In this document: piece after piece, positions 1 through 12,237 of the stretch
How the letters are laid out: every line of letters begins with the position of its first letter
Numbering within the stretch: position 1 is the stretch's first letter
Assembly: GCA_905178155.1 (NCBI GenBank)
Contig: CAJINV010000008.1
Location: forward strand, 682,001 to 746,000
Reading direction: 5' to 3'
Origin: Amoebophrya sp. A120
Lineage: Eukaryota > Protista > Dinoflagellata
DNA length: 64,000 bases
The notes under the pieces: generated by a model
Databases searched by the model: none
Told to the model about the DNA's origin: nothing
The model's input: the letters and a program-made list of their open reading frames with translations, nothing else
Translations under genes and position numbers: made by a program

Positions 1-137
<137 letters not shown>

Positions 138-740
138 CTATCGATCAGAGTTAAGTTCCTCCAATAGGTCCCTGTTGCGGTTTAGATAATGTTGTGGAAT
201 TGAGACGCAAGGTGTTGAGCTGCTACTAACTAATGGATAAACGTTCTTTAGATTTTCAGACCTCGCAAATTTCTGCTCGGATCGCGATTTCGGACCACGT
301 TTTGGAATGGATCGATTTGGACCTCTCGTCACAAAAGTGGTGAAGAATTTGAACAATCCCTGGAAGGTCATCGTCTAACGAGAATCTATTTTGGATCGCG
401 AAGGCAATTTTTTTTTGGCCTCTCTTTCGGTTGCTTCCATTAGATCTTAATATCGGAATCATTTGAGGATCTAGATTTTTATGTCCGAGCGAAGATCATG
501 TCCTTGTTGCTGAAGCGGAACAGAGTGCTGCTACGAAGCATGCCTCCTCCTCCGATTTCATTTTTTCAGCGATAGATCATAGATATCTTGAAAAAAAAAC
601 ATCGCAAACGTGCAATTCATTGAATGGAAGAACGCGCGCGTGCGCTGCAATACACACACAATCCAGGTAGTTCAGCGATCCCAAATACAGAGTTCGATGC
701 TCGCATGTTCAGCTCCGATCACACAGTGCGCCTGCTCCGC

Positions 741-3700
741 TCATTTCATGGACATCAGATCCAACATGGATATCAGATGTCGCACGAGGCCGATCCTGCC
801 CTGCTTCCCCTCGTTCTCCCAACGATGCGCGGCAGTCAGCAGGTGCGTCGGATCTATCTTGGTCAGCTCTCCCAGTAGCTTGTACAGCGACAATGCGGCG
901 TTCCATCTCAAACACTCCTCGCTTTGCTGCATGACACGCATCACCGGTTCTGAGCTAAACTCGAAACGCTTCGCACCTCTTGGTGCCCCGGAAACGGGCT
1001 CACCTGTGAAAAACAAAATCAACCCTTTGCTCGCTTCTTTTGGCCGCGAGTAACTGTCTAACATATGAAAAACAAAATCAAAAAATTGTTGGGTTGTCAT
1101 CCGCTGCGCCGATAAATCTTCTGCGAAAGGTGTGCTGAAGATGTCGTAATTATCAAAATCCTGCTTATGGTACAAAACGTTTTCTCCCTTACCCTTTGCC
1201 GCGCCGAGACGTACGACTCCAATCGCTTCTCTTTCCTCTTCGGCGATCCAACCGATGGGAATGGGATCTGCATTCATGCTGCCGTCCCCTAAAACGCTGC
1301 TCTCCGCCATCACAACCTCCATCGCCGCTTTTGGTTTTTGCTCGCCGTCGTGGCTCGATACAATGGGCGTCAATGGGTGGTTTGGCTGCGGTGGCAGGGA
1401 CAGGTTGAGGTCCATGAGCTGCAATACACTGTCGGAGACGAGCGGGAAAAACAGCTCGCCGTTGTTCATCTGCACGATTCTCGGGTCCAAATCCGAAAAG
1501 TGCGGGGCCTCCATGAGCAAAATCCTCCGTGCCGCGTCGTCGTACAGCTGCGACTGCAGCGATTTGGTCTGAATCAGGTGTCCCGGCGTCTGCAGGAAGA
1601 GCCGCAGAATCTCGCTGGAGAACAGTAGCAGCTGTGGTGGCGTCGGCCGGACAAACAGCGGCTGCAGCGTCGGGGTGTGCTTCGTTTTCAACAGGGTTCG
1701 GATCTGCGCAAAAATGTCGCGGACCTCCCAAAGCGGGTGGTCTTGCGTGGCGGAAACGACCAATAGATTGCTCTTGCTCCCGGTTCGGGGTACGACGTTG
1801 TACTCCTTCGCGTCAGACGGGCTCACGTTCGACTTAGTTGTATTTTGCTGCTGCTTGGACGTCGGTGCTGTTCCGCTGGTTGTGTATTAAAAGGAAAAAT
1901 CCCCCCTCCCCATATCGAAAAGGTATGTTTCCGGAAATTTGTGTTGCTGATTTGAGCCTTAATTCCAAATGATATCCGTAGGCCTCGTTGGGGGTCCCTC
2001 ACCCCCAACACGCCGAACTTCCTCCTTCCATCCGCAGCGTTGGAGGGGTCGCACGTAGCCCTGGAGGTGATAAACGAGGGTGGCGCCTGTATATGCAGTA
2101 AAATACTGCACAGGAAATGAGGATGTCACAAGGGAACACAAATGTTCTGGGATGACTGATTAGGAACAACCCAACAACCTCCGCCAACCACTGCCCTCGA
2201 ATACACAAGAGAAAGCCGAAGCTAACTCAACTCCGGATACCCATCCCGAAGCTGACCTGAACCGTTCGCATCCACAGGTCAGCGACGAGGCAATGCCCTG
2301 AGGGGACCGTTAGGAACCTCCCCAAACAATCGTCATGTCGTATCGCCGAAGCGAAACAGGCTGACGAAAGAGACGCACTACCAGTACTCAGCGGCAAGTA
2401 CACGGTAGGCATGGGCATAGGAGAACCGAAACGCACAACCACTCGACCGAGGTAACCCAGGGGGCCCTGTCCGTAGCAGCCCTGGGGACCAAACGACAGC
2501 AGCGGAGGAAAAACAGAAGCCAAAATGACTACCAGTCAAGCAGCACAGGAGCGTGAACACGAGGGAGCGCCGACAGGGGACAAACCCTTGCCGAGCCCGG
2601 GCACAGCCCCATGAACCCGCCCCCACACCGCAAGCCCCGGAGCAAGCTCCGATAGCCACCCTGACCCCGTCTACCCCCGAAGCAGCGTCGGCAAGCGATT
2701 TGAGACCTCAAATCACGTCTGTCTTGCAAGAAGGCAACTCGACAAGCTCCGCAGCATTGTGCAGGCGGTTTGTGATGCTGATGGGCCTACAGCACGGACG
2801 TTTCTCATGCTAGACGCCTAGGCCAGAACCTCTCTACTTAGGCTTAGTATGGGGCTGCATTCCTCTCCAGCAAGACAAATCTTATTTGTGTACGCAAATC
2901 CTGCATCAGAGACCTCGTTTTGATATGGGGAGGGGGGATTTTTCCTTTTGATATTGTGGAGGTCTTCTCCTTCACCACGGTTGCAACGCAGTTTGTGTGG
3001 TATTTGGATCGCATATCAACTGTAAAAATGTCTGGGTCTGGAAACTTGTGATGCTGAGTGGCGTAGCATGAGGAGGACACAAGTGCTGGCTCAGCATGAC
3101 AAATTTCTGAGCTTGTAGGTGTTGCCTATTCTGCATGACAAATTGCGTCTCCGCATGACAGAAAAATGCGGCTCTTGGGCAACGTGCATGACAGATTTAA
3201 TAGTCATGCCAGACAAGCATGACAAACATGCATTCTTCCAGACCCAGACATTTTTACATTTGATATCGCAGAAGCAGGAACAAGATTTCCGCCGCGTTCA
3301 GCCGGGCTTGCGTCGCCTTTTCCAGGGACGTCTCCCGAATTTCCTTCATCTTCATGGCGGTCAAGTCGTCCTCATCTGTTTTGTTCATGTTGATCCGCTC
3401 CTGCTGCTCTAAAGACCGAGCAACTCGTTTGTAGTACTCGACGTCGCAGTATGACGGTGCACAACTACTCCCCCTCCCCCTCATTTGTATAGCATGATTG
3501 CTATACAAGCATCAGCAAGCGTGCCGGTTTTGCATGACAAATTTGCACTGGAGTGTAGTGCTATTTGGGCTACCAGAACTTGTCATGCAAACAGTGCCAA
3601 GAGACAAAGGGCGGATTGGGTATTTTGCATGACAAATGAGGGGGAGGGGGAGTTGTGCATTGTCATACGCACACGAGCGCAGCGAGGCAGTGTAAAATTG

Positions 3701-6700
3701 TGGCAGGCAAGTGATTCAAACAGTCCGAGAGGTTCTCCACCTCCCACGCCTTGTTCTCCGTGCTCACCGTTTCCACATCCTGGAACTTGGATATCACCAG
3801 TGTGCGGAGCACCGACAGCGACTGCGCCAGCACGAAGTAAGGCGTGGTTTGCACGAGAACCGTGTTAGTAGTAGACGATGTTGTTGTAGTAACTTCTTGC
3901 TGCTCCTCATCATCGGCGGGTAGCAGCGAAGAGTTTTCTTGCGTGTTGACCTCACTTACTTCCTCCACGACAATGTCGTCCTCATCTTCGTCCAGCTCCT
4001 CAATGTACGGATCCTCGGGTACCACTTCGACCTCTTCCTCTGACGTTTTCGAAGCGCCATCCGCGACTTTTCCCGGCGCGGCCGCGTGCCCGTCCGCCAG
4101 TGCGGCAACAGCCGCTGCTTGCTCGCCGATTTTTTTGTTGACTTCGTCTAATGTCTTGGGCATCTTCTTGGGTTTGTCCGGCGGGCTCTTGGTCGCGTTC
4201 TCCAAAACTGGAGTGAAGCAGGAAAACATGTTGGCGATGAAGTTTTTGCGCTCCATTTCGTATTTCCCCTCCGCGTAGCTCTCATCGGTGTCGATGTCGT
4301 CCATGTCCAGCTTGACGACGACCTTGCTTGCCGTATTTGCGCCTCGGTTTCGGTAGTACCAGTCCTCGCGCTGGAGCAGGTCCGCGGCCAGCCGCAGGGC
4401 CTGCAGCCGGGTCTGGCTTTCCTCGCCGGGGTCCGCGAAGTTCTGCAGCCCGACCGCGATCGGCTTGCAAAGGACGATCTTCTGGATCGGCAGCACCCGA
4501 CAGAAGGCGCGAAACGACGCGAAGTTGTGCTTCGTGAAGGCCACGAGTTCCTCCTCCACGTCGTCCACCCTGACCTCCAGCCACGTGCTCACGCGAAGCA
4601 GCTTCTCCAACGGCGTGCTGGCAGATTTTCTCGTTTTGGTCTTGCCCTCGTGCGTTAGCGGACACGAGTTTGCTTCGAAGAATTCCGGTCCGGCAGCTGG
4701 TGTCGCAGTAGATGGAAATTTTGTTCTCGTTGTTCCTGCTCCTCCCTCAGTGCCGTCTTTGCTCAAATCCATTTGCTCCGACAACTCTTGGATCTCCTCC
4801 ATGGTGGTTGCTTTTCTGTACTCCTCCAAACCCGCCACCAGCGCGACCGCGAGAACGAGTAGCTTACACCGCAGCTCTCGGCTCAAGGCTTGCGGACCGA
4901 GCCGCGCCACCATCACGACCAGGTTCCACATGGTCTCGGCCACCGGCAGCCCGTCGCTGTTGCACGGATCCTGAATCAGGTCGCAGTCCCCGAGCTTCTT
5001 GATCAGAGGCGGGACCACAGCCTCCAAATGCCCGAGTGTCGATGCTGTGTGTGAGTTCATCTTTTCCGTCAACCAAAACTTTTCGAGAGATGTGATCCCT
5101 CCGTCCAACATGCGGGTTAGCAGATGAAAGACAGCCAGCCGCTGCTCCAGGTACCACACCGTGTCGATCGAAAAGCTGTCTTCGTACTGCAGCCAGATCG
5201 TACTGGGCTCGACGTAGCTCCCAATCAATTTGCCGATCAAGTCGTAACTGGCGGCTAATTCGGCGGAACCGGATAGGTACGCTTTTCCGGAATAGAATCT
5301 GAATTTAGTTTTACAGCCATTTTGTCTTTTCCAATAATTTCTGCCACGAGTTCCGATCAAACAAAACCAAGCATGATGCACACGAACAGCAACCGAGCGG
5401 GTGCAGGATTAGCAAAGCGAGAAAATTTGTACTTGATTAGCGCCTCCGAAATGCTGCTCAACCATTCGGTGATGTTGTCTTCGGCGTAGGCGACACACAT
5501 CGTCAGCAGGCGCGACGCATTGAGCATGTTGCACTCCCTGAAGTCCAGCACGTTGTTAAACAATGCCTTGATGAATCGACGAATGTGCGTCCGCACCCAC
5601 ATGCGCGCGCCCAACCGTGGCCGTGGCAGTCGCTGCGACACGTAAAGACAGTCCAGGTAATGCCACGAGTAGCTGGTGTTTTCGGGGAAGAATAAGGATC
5701 ACACTGGTCGTTTCTGACCTGATTTCTGAGAGAGAGAAAGGGAGAAGTTGTAGCGCTGTAGCATAACACCGCTCCGAAGCGTGGGTCGGAGAGTGTAGTA
5801 AACAACGCGTTACTTTTGCAAGAATCAAAAAACCCAGCGCAATGAAGAGCGTGCGAAGGGTCCGATAAAGTCTTGCGGAAGTTCACAGATTTTGATCTTT
5901 CTCCTAAGAAACTGGATCCCTTTTATATACTGTGCTACTTCACCAGTAAACTAAAAATTAATTGTCGAAGCACATGGATTGTCCGAGAGGGTGAACTTTC
6001 AATATTCAGTCTACAATCGAAAGTAAACTTTTACTCTCTTTTTGGCAGTTCCACGATGTGCTCCTCGGAGTCCCCTCTTCCGACGTCCAGGTCGGCCGGT
6101 CGTGTCTCCTCCGCGCGCTTACCCTGAAAATCCGGCCCCTGCGGCTGCGTTCGCTGGCGGATGTCGCTGCGCCACCGGCCCTGCAGCGGGAAAGGGACCA
6201 GGACCTTGCCCTTGTAGGTCCAGGCGGCGTCGAGCCCGTACTGCTTTTTTTCCCGCAAGTCTTTCTCGTTGTCCACCTCGTACTGTGCGCCGCAGGCCTC
6301 GAGCAACCAGAAGGTTTCCAGGGCGATGTCCTCATTTTCGTCGTATAGGCCCGACAAGAGGTACGGAAATATGTGCGGCTCGTGGTCGACGTGGTCGGGC
6401 AGGCGCAACAGCCAGTAGGCCATATCAAATGTAAAAATGTCTGGGTCTGGAACAGGAGAAATTTGTCATGCATACCCGACTGCGCCACATCGAAAACCTT
6501 TGCACCGTCGCCGCAAGCAGCTTCGGACGCAAGAGATCTAGGGTCAGAACCGCGAAAAACATACACATGCACATTTTCCATGATCCATGATGTCTGTGAT
6601 GTATGCCATAGCATCACAGATTTTTTGAGCGCCTATCGATGCGCATCCTGCATGACAAATGCCCTCTCCGCGTAGCCAAATTTGAATCCTCTTGCTGTTC

Positions 6701-8568
6701 ACGCAATACAGTTCTTTTTAGCATCCAAATGCAGCATCACAAGTTGCAACCTTCCAGACCCAAACACATTTGATAGGCCAGCGTCTCGAACCAGAACCGC
6801 CGCACCGCGGGGTGCCGGTCGAAAGTGAGCGACGAAAAGTAGTTCACGGTGGTGACGTGTTCGTACATATCGTGGGGAAAAATCTCCCCTCCCCACACTT
6901 AACGTGATGCAGATTTGTGGCCACAGATCTGTGTTGCAAGAAGGCAAACTACGCCGCGGCAACCGCCGTACTATGGAGGAGCGGGCCTACAGGGCAGGCG
7001 CTTCCCATGCTAAACAGCTAGACCCTTACGTCCCTAAACCGGCTAAGAATCTCGCTGCAGTTCCTTGCAGCAAGACAGGCCTCCTTTGTGTACGCAAATC
7101 TAGCATGAGAAACTCAGTTTGTTATATGGGACCGGGGGACTTTTCCTTGTAATAGTAGAAGGACTTGATCGGCACGGAGTTGGGGTCGCTCCACGCGACC
7201 AGGAGCTGAAAGACCTCGTGGTTGTGCTTCCACGTTCCGCAGTGCAACACCGCGGTCAAGGTTTGCAGCGCCGCGATGCGGAGCTTGAAGTGGTTGTGCA
7301 CCAACGAGCTCGTCACGGACCGCCCCAGCGGCTCCGTGAAGTGCAACAGCACTTCGTGGTGGTTGTAGCAGAAGGTGCTCAGAGTTTCGCAGCCCACCTG
7401 CTTCACGCCCGCGTAGGGGTCCATGCACAACGCGCGTAGTAGGCCGCAGAGCTCGTCCACGAAACACAGAACCTATGGGAGGTACTTGTCATGATCCACC
7501 CGCGGGTGGGTCATTCAAAATTTTGCGTCTCTCTGGCCTAAACTTGTTTATGTTTCACTGGCATCGGTAGAATATCGGTGGCCGCTTTCTGAAAAAGAAG
7601 TAAGTACCTCTGCCACTGCATGAAAAAACGAAGATGGAAATTAGTACCTGCTGTGTGCTTATCCTTTCCACGAAGGCCTGGATAAAGAGCGCCAACTGCA
7701 GGCGCACCTCCTCGCTGGGTTCCGCGGGCGTGCGAATCTCGCACGGCCGTTGCTCTGGGTTGGGGCGCATCACGGGCGGCAGGTGGGCGACCCCGTCCAG
7801 ATCCTCCGCACCCAGCCTGGAAACGAGAATCGGAATCACGTACCGCAGTACGCTTCCCACCGTTTCCGCGGGCGCGCACTCAACCAACGTTTTCAGAATG
7901 ATGGAGGACTTCTCGCGAATCTTCTCCGCGGAATCGCGCTGCAGCCGTTTCAGCAGCGGCTTCGACAACTCCTCAAGCGCGCAGTCGAGGATGTCCGTGG
8001 GCAGGTTCGCATGGTTTTGGATGATCAGCAGATCCAGCTTCTTCAGCGCCCGCAGTCGCGTTTTTAAATCTACCTCGCTGCCACTGTCCAACACATTCAC
8101 ATCTCGTTGCAGGTGTGCCAGAAACGCTTCCGGAGAATCCAGCGGCACATTTTCCGCGATCGGCTCGTATGACTGCTCGAGGCTGCACGTCGCGTCACCC
8201 ACGTCGCTCGACGTAGATGTTGTGGTTTCAGGCTCAGCGTCTGTGCTCGCTGCGGTAGAACTACTTGCCCCGCCAGTTCCCGCCGTGTGGGAGCTTTTCT
8301 GCCTACCGGCGGAGCCGCTGCTGCTGCTAGTGCTCGAGTTGCTCTTCGCGATGCCGTAGTTTGCGAGCCACGACAACGAAGCTGCTTGCTTGCTCGCGCT
8401 TTGCGAATTCGCGATGCTCCCGTACCCACCCTGTAGCTGAAACTTGCTTTTTTCGTTCCCCGGTTTTTTCTTGGTCTTCTGAAACTGTGGCAACGAGGTA
8501 TTTTTCGTTGGCTTCACAGCCGCTTCGGCCTTCATGGCCGCCCAAATTTCATCGATATCGTCCGACAT
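741..8568 (-). CDS. DNAAF5: Multi-exon HEAT-repeat protein, dynein axonemal assembly factor 5 (HEATR2)-like; 5 introners plus canonical introns
   Basis: Motifs KPLLKRLQRDSAEKIRE, EPSEEVRLQL, DPYAGVK, WLLRLPDHVDHEPHIFPYLLSGLYDE. ORFs 3663-5381, 3254-3508, 2844-3080 and 741-1826 join in frame after removing the introners (..LVCDVEYY.., ..LLLRSKYH.., ..EKTSTTSG..). Exon structure between 5381 and 7555 only partly resolved. Confidence 0.72.
1885..2953. mobile_element. Long introner/MITE, family C (1069 bp)
   Basis: TIR TATTAAAAGGAAAAATCCCCCCTCCCCATATC / GATATGGGGAGGGGGGATTTTTCCTTTTGATA; TSD TTGTG; removal restores the frame. Confidence 0.9.
3014..3265. mobile_element. Introner/MITE, family A
   Basis: TIR TATCAACTGTAAAAATGTCTGGGTCTGGAA / TTCCAGACCCAGACATTTTTACATTTGATA; TSD TCGCA. 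Confidence 0.93.
3450..3667. mobile_element. Introner/MITE (C-related)
   Basis: TIR TATGACGGTGCACAAC..CTCCCCCTCCCCCTCATTTGT / ACAAATGAGGGGGAGGGGGAGTTGTGCATTGTCATA; TSD CGCAG/CGCAC; frame restored. Confidence 0.88.
6423..6775. mobile_element. Introner/MITE, family A
   Basis: TATCAAATGTAAAAATGTCTGGGTCTGGAA ... TTCCAGACCCAAACACATTTGATA; TSD GGCCA. Confidence 0.9.
6868..7154. mobile_element. Introner/MITE, family C (diverged)
   Basis: TATCGTGGGGAAAAATCTCCCCTCCCCA ... TGGGACCGGGGGACTTTTCCTTGTAATA; TSD GTACA/GTAGA; right part resembles 2720-2953. Confidence 0.8.
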
Positions 8569-9081
8569 TTTTTGCAGATGAAAGAGGTGTCTTAGAATGA
8601 AGAAGAAGAAGAACTCGAACCTGTGTACAAGACGGGGAAAAATAGAAACAAACCACAGAAGGAAGAAAAACTCGTTAGTGCAAAAGCAACACTAGTACCA
8701 GACACGAAATAAGAGTGCCAACACCATGCTGTTCCACAGCAAACACGGGCTCGGGGAATCAAAGGGTACCTCTCTTGTTCCCAACACAGAAAGACAAACG
8801 AAAGAAAACGCGCGTGCGCGGCTCGCTCCTCTTTGTCACTTGCCCAAGTTTGCGCTACCCTCTTTGGCTCTCAAAAAAAGCCTCTCAGATAAGCGTGGCA
8901 GAACATGATGACCATTGCTGCATTCTAGTGCTGCGCCTGCGCGCTTCTTTGCGTTAGGCTCAAAATATTTGTGTTGTATTCTTATGCGCTATGTCGACAG
9001 TGTAAAAAAAAGTAGGCGTGTGCGAATGTTGATAGGCTGGCAAGGACCCACAGTGCAGATCCTTTTCGCCGCTTTTCCATC

Positions 9082-9467
9082 CTACCTCGCTTCGTACATC
9101 ATACCCGCTGTTGTTCGCTTCTTGTACAAGATACCTGTTTTTTTGGTTGATGTTTGGTATTAGACGTGCGGAGACCCTGCCATCGCAAAAGCTAAAACAC
9201 AACGAATTCCATGATTCAATTTTTGCAACAAAAACAAAGAATTATACGATGTCCGCAGTATCGACACCGAACGTTGTCGCTGAGCTTGAGATCTACGTCC
9301 TTCCCGCAGTTTCCGCAAATGTATTCTACGCCAGTTTGATTTTTGTTTGTCTTGTTCTGTGCATCGGTGAGCTTGATCAAATCGGTTGCTTTGTCGGGTA
9401 CCTTCTTCTTCTGCTTCGCGCTCTGCCCGGGCAGATTGTACAAGTTGAAACCAAGTTTCGGATCCAT
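9082..9467 (-). CDS. RPB12: RNA polymerase I/II/III shared subunit RPABC4 (Rpb12); GT-AG intron 9135-9247
   Basis: VEYICGNCGKDVDLKLSDNVRCRYCGHR joins ILYKKRTTAGMMYEAR* across a canonical intron. Confidence 0.92.
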
Positions 9468-10149
9468 GGTGATAGAAAATCGGTTCTACGATTTTTACAA
9501 AAGGAAAAGAAAAGAGAATCGGACGGTTTGTGGCAGTGTATAAATCAGAATCTTCCTACCCGCCGGATTCTGTCGCACTTTGATGACGAAAAATACCTAT
9601 CTTTCTACTAGACCACCAAGTGCCGACAGACCTGAGTGCAAATTCCGGCCCTGTTGCTGTTAGATGTGGACCCCCTTATTTTCGGAAAGCAAGAGTAACA
9701 CTATCGCCTTGCACACTCTAGGTACTCTCTGGCTCTGCCGTGAACCTGTGCTGCAGTGTCGAAAAATAGAATTTTGTTTACTGGGAAACGCACGGCATAC
9801 CTGCTCTCATGTACTTGCTTTCCAGATCGTCTTTCCTCTTATTCGATCGTAGTCAGCATCATTTTCAGAGGGATCATTCATTTTTTTCGTTCATTGAAGA
9901 TTCGAGCAGGCATTCGACGCTCATTCTAAAGGATCTTCCATTTCTGCAGAACAAGAACCGCATAGTCACTCATGGGTGAATTTTAGTTTGTGCTTTCGAC
10001 GTTGTCTTGCGTTTATTCTTAGTGCCTAGTGCAATCGAAACCAGTGCAGCAGGTCACACACGAATCACTGAGAGGTGCTTGTTCCTGTTCATTTTTATAC
10101 GAAGTATTCATGTCACCGTGCCTGCTAAGCCTGGTAGCCGACACTTGGC

Positions 10150-11684
10150 TCATTCTTCGTCCCGCACAAGCACGTACTCCTCATCGTCCAGCGCGATTTC
10201 GTCCAAGAGATCACTCTGTTGCGCATTGGCGAGCACGTCCATGTTTGGAAGGCCCTCTGCTTGTGCAGTTGCTTCGACAACCGCACGCGTGTAGTGACTG
10301 CCGTTTGGAACCGTAACGCCGTTTTCTGCCGCTCGACTCGAGTTGTCGCCCGCTGGGACAAAGGTATGCGATGCAATTAGGTTATCTCCTTGGCTGCTAA
10401 CGCTCTGGGTTGTGTGCGCGGGGCCGCTCATTGGGCCTTCTTGCTCAGAAATATTAATCTTTCGCGCCGACAACGGAATTTCTACTGCGGAACTGTCATT
10501 CCCCGCATCTGTTGTCGCGGTCTCATCCTCCCGTTCGGTTGACGGTACGGCTGTCTCGTCTTCAGATGGTGCGGAACCCTGACCGGAATGAGCATTGTGC
10601 ACGGAAACTGCGGGTACAGATGGGTTTTCTTGCGGCTGCGTTTCGTTCGTGTTCGCCTCCGCACGACCCTGCTGGCCCTCACTATTCCGGCCGACTACTG
10701 ATGTGCTCCGCGACCCACTTCGAGTCGCCTGGATGACCAATTGCTCCACCCAGACGAAAAACGCGGTTTGACTGCTGCGCCAAATTCCCGTCTTGCACCA
10801 GAATGCCATGTGCTCGCAGTTCGCATGCAGCAACGTGTTGAAATCGTATGGACGCTCTTGCCGCGCTTGGCGGAGGCAGGCGGCCCGTACCAGCGTCTCT
10901 TCGTCCGTGTCCGCAGCCTCTGCGTAACACGTACCTGGTGAAGAAAAGGGCAGTTTTACGCAGTAGCTCGCTCTGCTTGCTGTGCAATCATCATACACAC
11001 ACAAACATCGGACACTCGGATATTTTTATGGGATTACTTTACGACGTTCTGTGAAGATGGTCGTGTTCTTCGTCAGTACTGGATTGGTTTTCGGTCCATG
11101 AAAAAGATTCATCGAGCGCAGCAGCTTACACAAAAAAATCGAATACCACTTCGCTTCACTAACAGCTCCCATGGTTGCGCCGCGTACTTCGCCTTCTTCA
11201 GCACTCTTCCATTACAGAAGTCCCTGAGGGTCACTTGGTGCACCGAAGCGAGTGCGTCACGCCGCTTGCCGGACAGGATAGCGAAGGACGCGTCCATGAA
11301 AAGTTTGCGCCCTAGCTCCGGCAGGGACGCCGATGCGGTCGGCGCCGACGTTGGTCCACTCGGCGTCGCGTCCGGAGTTGGGGTCCGCGACTCCACGGGA
11401 ATGGAGCTCGCACTAGTCGCGCTTTCATGGTCAACTTCGCCAACGTGGTTGTCCTCGGAAACTTGTTCTTTGGCGTGGTCCAGGGGGAAGAAGTGCGTGA
11501 CCAGTATGCGATCGCACAGCTCGGCTTGGAACGCCTCGTCCTCCTCGTCCTGAAAAGAGCCGGCCTCAAGAATTTCGGTTACGATGCCGTGGTGCTGGTG
11601 CAGCGCGAGGGGACCCCATACGTAAACGTGGTCGCCTGGTTTCAGGGTGCTGTAGTCGCGCACCGTGTGCAGTAAGTGATTCAT
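10150..11684 (-). CDS. LRAT / NC-domain (NlpC/P60 acyltransferase-like) protein, one intron near 11010-11140
   Basis: LKPGDHVYVWGPLALHQHHGIV and YDFNTLLHANCEHMAFWCKTG (NCEH motif); start taken at MNHLLH. Confidence 0.82.
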
Positions 11685-12237
11685 GGTTGAGAAATGTCTA
11701 AGTAGTAGAAGACTTCTTTTTAACAACGCGCGTGTACGTCGAAAAAGATCATTTGAGAACAGACAAGCGTGGTCTAAGTGTGCATCAAGAGTGGCATAAC
11801 TCCTACTTGAAACTTTTCTTATGGGTAGAATGGGTAGCGGGAAGAAAAGTTTCACTGTAATGAAACAAACGCACAAAAGCGAGATCGATGCCACGAGGAG
11901 ATTGCACACGATCACAAGCAATTTCTCGTTTGCAGTTGTTTTTGTATCGTACACACAAGGAGCAGAAAATTCCACTTTTGTCGCTCGGTGTCGGTTGCAA
12001 AAGAAACGTTGCTGACCAAAGAAAATATCTTCGACCGACGAAAACTTCCAAAAACGACCGAGAAATAAGTATCCCGCGACACAAAAAGCGAGACCGATGA
12101 TGTACCCAACATGCGATTGCAAAGTCAGTTGGTTTTTGCAAGGAACACAAGCACCTTCCTGCTGCTTGATTCGTAGAAACGAACCGCTCCCGATTGCTTG
12201 AATGCATGAATTTGTACGACAAGGAGCCGTAAAAAAA

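Noticed and set aside
138-590. GATC/AGAT-rich stretch upstream of ubiquitin as another introner
   Set aside because: No convincing TIR or TSD found; probably UTR intron or intergenic.
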